A DNA stretch of 64,000 nt, taken from assembly GCF_009914755.1 (NCBI RefSeq), contig NC_060930.1, one strand, 5' to 3'. Each line of letters begins with the position of its first letter. Position 1 is the first letter of the stretch. The translations under genes and the position numbers were made by a program. Shown one piece after another: positions 55,859 to 64,000 of the stretch. The notes beneath the pieces are model-generated. The model was not told the origin of the DNA. It did no database searches and saw only the letters and a list, made by a program, of their open reading frames with translations. Source of the DNA: the human T2T-CHM13v2.0 reference genome, Homo sapiens.

Positions 55859-57015
55859 AAAAAAAAAAAAATCAAATGCACTTTAATATATTCTGCTACA
55901 ACATGTGGTTCTTTAGTGAGCACTGACTCATACAAAGTTGTCATATGGGAAGCAATGTAAGTTTTAATGTGAAATTCATGTTGGGTCATATGTGATGTTT
56001 CCCAGCATGATATGCATTGAAGTAATCAGTAACAAGCTATTTCACGATGAAAAAGAAAATCTTAGTAACATATGAATATCTTCAGAAAAAGCTGAACATT
56101 CTACAAAAATGCAAGTAATGGCTGGCTTGGTAGCTTTAAGAATCACTAAACTTCTCACAGCATTAACCTGTCAGTGGAGCAGTGAATGCAGATTAAGCTA
56201 GCTTTAAAAGTCATCCAAGGTCAACAGCTTGTAAGAAATGGCAAAGGGAGTAGAACAGATTTTGCCAGACTTCTTTCCTAAGTACTTTCAAACAAACAAG
56301 GAAACAGTTTTGGAAAAACCAAGGCAGTAGATAATTTTATTAAATCACTGAGCACAAACTTAATTGCTGAAATATTTCAAAATAGAAAGACATAAAATGT
56401 TTGGAGCTATAGCTGGGAGATGAGTTAGAATATTAAAGGTAGGTAATATTTGTAAAACAGTAGGCCCAAAGGAAAAAGCAAATGTAAGGTATGATAGTAA
56501 AGACTATGTGGTAGTTAATAAAAACAACTGTGTATGTACAAAATATGACCATAATTTGAAGCTTTCTAGAGATAATTAAAGACATTTATACTTGACATTA
56601 GAAAAACATAAACACAATGAAATTTCAGATAAATCATAGCATTTATTATATGATGCTCTTATTATCACAGGCATGCTTTAATTTTAGTTAGCCCACAACT
56701 TATTTTTTTTCTTGCCTAATTTTATTTAGGCTTCAGATAATCACCTTTACTTTTGAATTAATTATATATATATACTTCTACCTGTTCCTTTATACTCTGC
56801 TAGGAGCTTTATTAAATAAATTAATGGATATTTTCCCCCTAGTGTCCTTCAGTTCATGTCATGCAAGTGAATTTACAGTGTGATTGACATTTGGAAGATC
56901 AGCAGAAATTTTTTATTGATAAATGAATGAATGAATGTTTCAGAAAACCACAGAAATGAAGATTAAATGACCATTAATCCTCAGTTCAGAAGTATCTGTC
57001 CTTCTGTTTCCAGAA

Positions 57016-57047
<32 letters not shown>

Positions 57048-57545
57048 AAACCAAACAGATAGTCTAGGTTAGAGTTGGATGTTTTACAACCTATGTGACT
57101 ACAGAAACCATAATGCCAGCAAGACTTCAAAGCTTTTTACAAAAATATTTTAGGAATAGTACATATTTACTGCCACAGGAGGGTTTATAGCATGGTGATA
57201 TGATTCGCAAAAAGAAAAATGGGATCACAGTCCTGCATTGGCTCTTAAATATTTTTGTTTCCACCACTTGGTGGACATATTATTTTCTTCTGTACATTTC
57301 TTCCTACAAAACCCAGGTTCTCCTAGGATAAATCTATTCTAAGTTTTGTTATACCCTTTTGGGCACTAGACCACATCATATAACAATGTTACTCATTATA
57401 ATATCAGAATACAATTATAGCACTATATCACAGGTATTTCTACGACACAATAGTATTGGGACCCCTTCTCAAATTTTAAAGGTCAGTGAATTAAAAATAG
57501 TCTTTTTAGACCCTAATGATACCACAGGCATTCAAAAGCTCTTAA

Positions 57546-57675
57546 CCCATTTATGTCTAGTGTTCCATTATTGGAACGCTATGTATGTGGGAGTTATTTA
57601 TATCCTACTGCTTAAGGCCATTGCCAAGGTCTGATTGCAAAAATTAAAAAAATTGCTACCTCAGGCATAAATGGG
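57546..57675 (+). mobile_element. MER85 piggyBac-family MITE, complete
   Basis: TTAA on both sides (57542, 57676); 13-bp TIRs CCCATTTATGTCT / AGGCATAAATGGG (1 mismatch); internal palindrome GTTCCATTATTGGAAC at 57562-57577. Confidence 0.95.
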
Positions 57676-58096
57676 TTAACTTCACTGGTGAGAAAGTAAA
57701 AGTTTTAGAGGAAAGGAATGTATGTCAGCATAGGAATTATTGGGCAATACAAACAGTTTATTTATTTTAATTTTAGTAATCTAATTCTCTTGAAATATTA
57801 ACAAACCTTGTTAATCTTAGAAAATATACAAAAAGTTAACTGCTTTTATCTGAAACAGAAAGTAGAGTCTTTATACGTTTAATTTTACATCTAGACATAT
57901 TTTTATTCTCTAAAAAGTGATTACAACAAATATTACCTAGGAATAATTTTGAAGAAAAAATTGTACATGAAATATATTTAGAAAAGTTTAAAGCAAAACT
58001 GAGAGTTCTCAAAGGAATTTAAACAACACATAAAATGATATTACATAATACTAAAAAAAAAATACTGCATCCATCCTGAGTAATATGTAGAAATAT

Positions 58097-58144
58097 CCTC
58101 TCCTCTCCTCTCCTCCCCTCTCCTCTGCTCTCTTCTCCTTTCTG

Positions 58145-58178
<34 letters not shown>

Positions 58179-58179
58179 C
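58097..58179. repeat. (CCTCT)n/(CT)n polypyrimidine tract
   Basis: Direct reading. Confidence 0.9.
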
Positions 58180-60499
58180 TGGTGGTAAATCTACTTAGAT
58201 AAACCAACAAACCTGGGCATCTTAGTGAAGATGGACATAAACTGCTTAGATAATTCATAAATAACTAAGTTATCCAGCAATATAAAATTTTACACACGTA
58301 ATACACTACTTAATTAATAAATATTTTAGCCACTAATTTGAGGGCCTCTATGAAATGAGAAAACAGAGGAACATTCTAAGATGTTCCCTTTCTCCCCCTT
58401 CTCAAAGTATCTGTTTGCTACATTCATTTTTCTCTTACACTCAACACATAATTGTTTTATGGAATATTGTTAACGTATTTGTAGTCCTGGGTTCTTAGGG
58501 AAAATTGTCACTTATATAGTTCTCTTACTAAACAAACATTTTCATTGATTTCTATCAGTGAGCCTCAGGCATGTGCTTTCTGTGTGCTTTTCCAAGCCTT
58601 ACATTAACACCTACAAGTAATTCCCATACAGGATCACCCACAGAACGGCTACATATCACTTAGGCAGTTGCATGAATTTTGAAATTCCAGTTATCTCTTT
58701 TACCCTCTATTTTTACTTCATCATATTGCATATCTATTGCTCATACATGTTCTTAATACAGCTTTATTCCTTTTATAAATAGCAATCTTTTCCTAAACCA
58801 TCAAATATACCTCTAACCACATCATTTTTTTTTCCATTTCACTTTTAATTTTGCATTTGTGTCCTTGAAATCAATGAAAAAAACATTAAATAACGTTTTC
58901 ATTTTTTGGTGTTTTAGCTAATAAAATTTTAGTGGGTAAGTAAACATATAAAAGGTAGTCTCACTGTTACCAACCTTTGCTAGGTTTTTCTTAAGCATAG
59001 GAACTAGGCCTGTTACCCCCCTGCAGTGACCAGTACCTTTCTTGAAACATAGAGTAGGAGCTTAGTAAATAGAGCTGGTTCTTTTGCTAACTTGCCTTTT
59101 TCAATTTTAGTTGATTATTTTTATAATTTTTGGAGGCCCATCACATGTTTTAAAAAATTTAAAAAAAAGAAAACATATTAAAAGGCCAAAAGGAGAAATC
59201 TATAGAAGAATAAGAGAAAAAATGGGAAGAAGAAAGTGTGTAATTAATCAAAATCTCTTAGAATGGGACAGATGGAAAATCTGCCATTGACCTAGTTTTC
59301 TCACTTCTATTTTTTCTTCAATTGAATCTATTATCATCCTGCCTTCCAAAGAAGAATCTTAGTGCTTTAATTAGCTTATACATAGTTATCATCTTCAAAA
59401 TCTCAATAGCGTTTTCTGTCCCTTCTTCTAGTCATATGTTTATTTCTCATTGTTATTTAATTAATTTCTATACATTGAATTGACAAATATGGTAGTCGAC
59501 ATTGAATTGTAACTCTTGAATAATATTTAAGAAACTCATAAACAAAATTCCAAACAGGTACTGAACAAATTTAGCTCATATTCTTGCTTTCTGGTTCTAT
59601 ATTCTTATATAGTTCTTAACGTTCCTGCCTGAGTACTGGATTGCTTCCAAGTCATGTGAATTACACAGGAAACTGAAACTTCTAATCAACGTATAAAGTT
59701 AAATATAATGAAAATGGCATGTCTGCAATCTTCTTAATATTGATTTTGAGATCAAGTCATTTAGATTGCTGTTTTGTTGATAATTTTCATAGCAACATAT
59801 TTTAAATATATTCTTGAGTTTGTAGGAAGATTCCATACAAGGTTTATATTTAAAAACAATATTTTTATGAACATTAAATTTTACAATTATATAAACACAT
59901 ATATTGTATTTTGATTACCCTTAATTTGGATTTTTTTTGTTTAATTGGGATCTTTCAAAGTTACTTTGATATACTGCTAAATGAAATGAAACGAAGATTA
60001 AAATCTACCCATGAAGAGTTGCAAAGAGGGTGGTTATGTGGAAATACCATGACATGATTTGGAAATCTTATTGGATCAATTGCTCAGTATATGCTATGTA
60101 ATATTGCTGAATATTAAGTCAGAAAAACTGATAAAATGCTGAAGAAAATGGCTGTATCTATAGCACAATTTAATTTATTTAGTCATCAGTAACTAATCTT
60201 TTCAAGTTCTTGTTTGTATTACCTGTCTAATACTACATAATGAGCACCTCCAAATCTGAAACAATAACAATATAATTGGCTCTTGATTCTGAGTGTTGGC
60301 GATTGACTATGGATTTGCTGGGAAGTTCAGCTACTCTCAGCTGGGCTCACTCTTAGATTTGTAGTCACAACCTCTGTCCTGCCCTTCGAAATCTCATTAA
60401 TGTGAGATACTCCATATTCTGAATCTCTCCTTTACCGTAGTAGGTTAATAAACTTGGCTTTAACAAGTTATTTTGATGGGTAGAATTTTTTTCATGACT

Positions 60500-60850
60500 C
60501 AGCATTCAATACCTCACATATCTTTATGTATTTTTGCTTTATCACTTGTTTTTCTTTTTCTTATTTTAGTCAGGTCTCTGACAAATAACTTCTCTATCAA
60601 AAATTGATATCCTCTTTACTATTGCAGTGGCCTATTTTTTTTCTATAAAGGACCTACCACAACTCATAGTGTGTATATGTACACATATTTTGTTATTGTT
60701 GTTGATTATTTTATTGTCTAAAATATATGCTCCACTAGATCAGGGAATTTTACTTTTGGTCATTGCTCTATATCCAGCAGCTAAATTAATAGTTGACACA
60801 AAATAGATATCTCATAAAATTTGCTTAATGAGTTTAAACTCATTAATGAA
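60500..60850 (+). mobile_element. L2 3'-end remnant
   Basis: 'tatatgctccactagatcaggga...tatatccagcagcta...ttgacacaaaatagatatctcataaaatttgcttaatg'. Confidence 0.55.
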
Positions 60851-62812
60851 TTGACATGTACACCAATCAAATTACCATTTCATTTACTAGATTATTCCTT
60901 TATTTAGTAATATTCATACTACCTGACACATTTTGTTTTGAAAAATTCAGATGCCTATGATCTTTTTGCTTCAAATTATTTTTAAAAGCATAGTTTCATA
61001 AGCTATTAAATTTTAAGATGTTATAAATTTTATTATCAATTTTTTTACTCAATTGAATTTTAGGACAGAAAGTTCATTTTTTAAAATAACTTATTCAGCT
61101 ACCAGAATGAGTATAGTGTAATAATTGACATTGTAGTTAAAATGAAACATAAAGAGAAAAATGACCTTAACTTTCAAATTTACCATAAAAATTACAGAGG
61201 ATGGTTATAAAATTGTTCCTCTTCAGAGAAATATCTATAGGAATTCTGGCAGATTAAAATCAGTAAAACTGCATTTTTCATTGTAGCAATATATTTGATC
61301 TAAATTATCAATATTATTTTCCTTCTTTATATTTTTACTTTTTGTCTTTAGACAAAGCCCAAGTTAGTTTGATTCATTTGGAAATACAATGTAGCATATT
61401 GGATTCCTTTTATATAAAAAGATTTTGTATAAATTCTATTTGTGGACAATATCAATGAGCACTGCACTGTAGAACATAAATACAAAAAATTAAAATGTTT
61501 TTCTATATGATGTATATAGTTCAAGCTATGACTGTCAGTATACATAAATTTAACTGAGTAAATAACAAAAATTAAGTCTACACCTTAAGAAATTTTTCAC
61601 ATAAGATAGACTTCTAAAAGAAACTGCATCATTTTAGTGTTACTGTTCTCATATGAACTTCTTTTTAATGTTTATAAAAATTACCCAATAGCCCTTCTCT
61701 GTTTCAGAATGTGTAAAGTTGTATATGCCTACATAATTTATCAATTTTTAATATAAAATAAAACTTTGGGTGTATCTATGGTTTAAAGGCATATGTTTTA
61801 TATGTGTAATTTAATGCATTATTTTTTCCATATTAACATCCCTTTAATTGAGTTCACAGTACAAAAAGAGCTTTAAAAAAATAGGCTATGAATTTCATGA
61901 AATAAAGACAGTAGATTTAGTTTCTGTGGTTGTTGTTGTTTTCCTAACCTTAAAACAAGCAGGCACGTGCAATTTACAAGTGACTTAAGAACAGAGGTAC
62001 AAAGCATATTCATGGCAGAATGATAAAAGTCCAGTAAATCTAGCTTAACCTGCAAATAGCTCTTTTGAAATATTTTACTCATAATCATAGTAGTTGTAAG
62101 AAACTGTCCTACAATATCTAAGAATTGACAACTAATCAGATTCACATTTGAAACTTTTAATAAAAACTTATGAAGTATGTGGGATTTGGATAAAAGAAAG
62201 CTGAGCTGAAAGCTAAGAGCCATGCCTATGCATAAACTGTTAGTCATCAGTAGAGTCAAGTCTGTAGAGAAAAGATGCAGCACAGTTAAAAAAAAATTTT
62301 GACTAAGAAGAAAGAAGCATACATACAGAGAAGAGAAGAAAATACTTTCTAGCACCTTCTCACATCAAACCACAATGCTCCCGTGAGACCCCAGTGGTCT
62401 TGATGCCTGTGAGCTTGCTACATCCCTAACGATTCTCATTCCATTGAGGGAGCTTGGATAGATTTTGTTCTTTGAAGCCAGAAGAAATATGAAAATAAGA
62501 TGTTCACCAAAGGTCTCCACCAAACTATTTCTCTGCACACGCTTTGGAACCCTACAGCCCACTTTTGCAGCAAGAGCAGTGAAAAAACTGTCTATAGATA
62601 AAATATCGGTTCATGAGGGGATAAATAATTTATGAAAATATTTCAAAAAGATGACAAAAATGGTAAATATACCTAACTATTGGTAATACTACCTCCCTAT
62701 CTCTATTGTATCCTCACTTCCCTCTTCAGTTTATGCTATCTGAAATTCAGACTCAGACATTAATTTGAATTAGGAGTCATCATTTTAATGTTTCTAGAAA
62801 TATTAACTGAGT

Positions 62813-63240
62813 TGTAACAAAGCAAATTGTCCTTCAGCATCCATTCTCACCTTTCTTTAAAGCTGGAACATAGACAGGCTAGAAAACACAGTTTCTTTTC
62901 AGCTAGGGATGGATGTGATTCCAAGTTCCAACTAGTGACATGCAATCTAAAGGAATGTATGCAAATTCTGAGCCATATGCTTTAACAGGGAAAATGCCTG
63001 CGCTTCACCCAGAATAAGAAGGTGGTACCAGTGAGCCAGCCTCAAGTATGTGAGCAGGGAAAACATTTAGGGGTCTGTAGAGTGACGATATAGAATAAAC
63101 CAGATTCTTAGGTGATCTCGTGGATCATTAACGTGGATGGAGCCTTTCACCTCTAAAGCATTAGATGGAAGAGAAATAATCATCTTTCTTGAGCCACCAT
63201 ATTCTGGGCTGCCTCTGTTAAAAATCAAGCAACTTGGTTC
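62813..63240 (+). mobile_element. Old MaLR LTR (MLT1H/I-like)
   Basis: 'gagaaataatcatctttcttgagccaccatattctgggctgcctctgtt' LTR-end motif. Confidence 0.5.
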
Positions 63241-63458
63241 TTTGTTTTAATTATTTTCTCACTGAGTATAATTTTATATTTGCCAAATTTAAAAAATGAA
63301 TTTTAACTGGAATCATTTATATCACCAAGTATTTCCAGTTTTCAGACAGATCTCATCTCCCATCTAGAAATATGTTATGGAAGCCACATGCTATACACAG
63401 TTTTTGGATACATTTTAGTTTATAATTTAATCAAACTTGATAAGTGTACAGAATTTAA

Positions 63459-63816
<358 letters not shown>

Positions 63817-64000
63817 ACAAAAACATATTTTAAAAGTGAACAATATGATAATCATTATTTAAGATTTATGTCATGGCAATAAAATTAACAATAATTGAAA
63901 ACACTGATATAACACATTAACCTCACAAGCAAAGTGGTAGATTCAAATTTAACTTCCTAACTCCAGAAGCCATCCTCTTAATTAACACCCTCTGTCTCTG

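Noticed and set aside
61873-62355. 160-aa minus-strand ORF
   Set aside because: Leu/Phe/Ser-biased composition typical of the antisense of A-rich DNA, no ATG at the annotated start, and no recognisable domain

Overview
Primate (most likely human or great-ape) genomic DNA. It is AT-rich and dominated by repeats, with no recognisable host protein-coding exon, RNA gene or CpG island. It looks like an L1-rich intergenic region or deep intron. Positions 1-48.5 kb are a stack of nested LINE-1 elements of many ages. These include a full-length L1PA8-like copy with a target-site duplication (TSD), a near full-length ancient L1MA-type copy that keeps its 5' tandem array, and three separate 5'-inversion (twin-priming) structures. 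The same stretch holds three endogenous retrovirus remnants: a 5'-deleted HERV9 (env TM + complete LTR12), a highly decayed class I env + probable LTR on the minus strand, and an internally deleted MLT2-flanked ERV-L with a dUTPase remnant. The rest of the window has Alu/FLAM, MaLR LTRs, L2/MIR, microsatellites and an intact piggyBac MER85 element. The recognisable ORFs in the supplied track are L1 fragments; the others look like antisense or chance frames. I do not see a new biological system. The findings are mechanistic footprints of retrotransposition and repair, plus candidate regulatory elements. Subfamily calls come from recalled consensus sequences, not from a database search, and the boundaries of old repeats are approximate.
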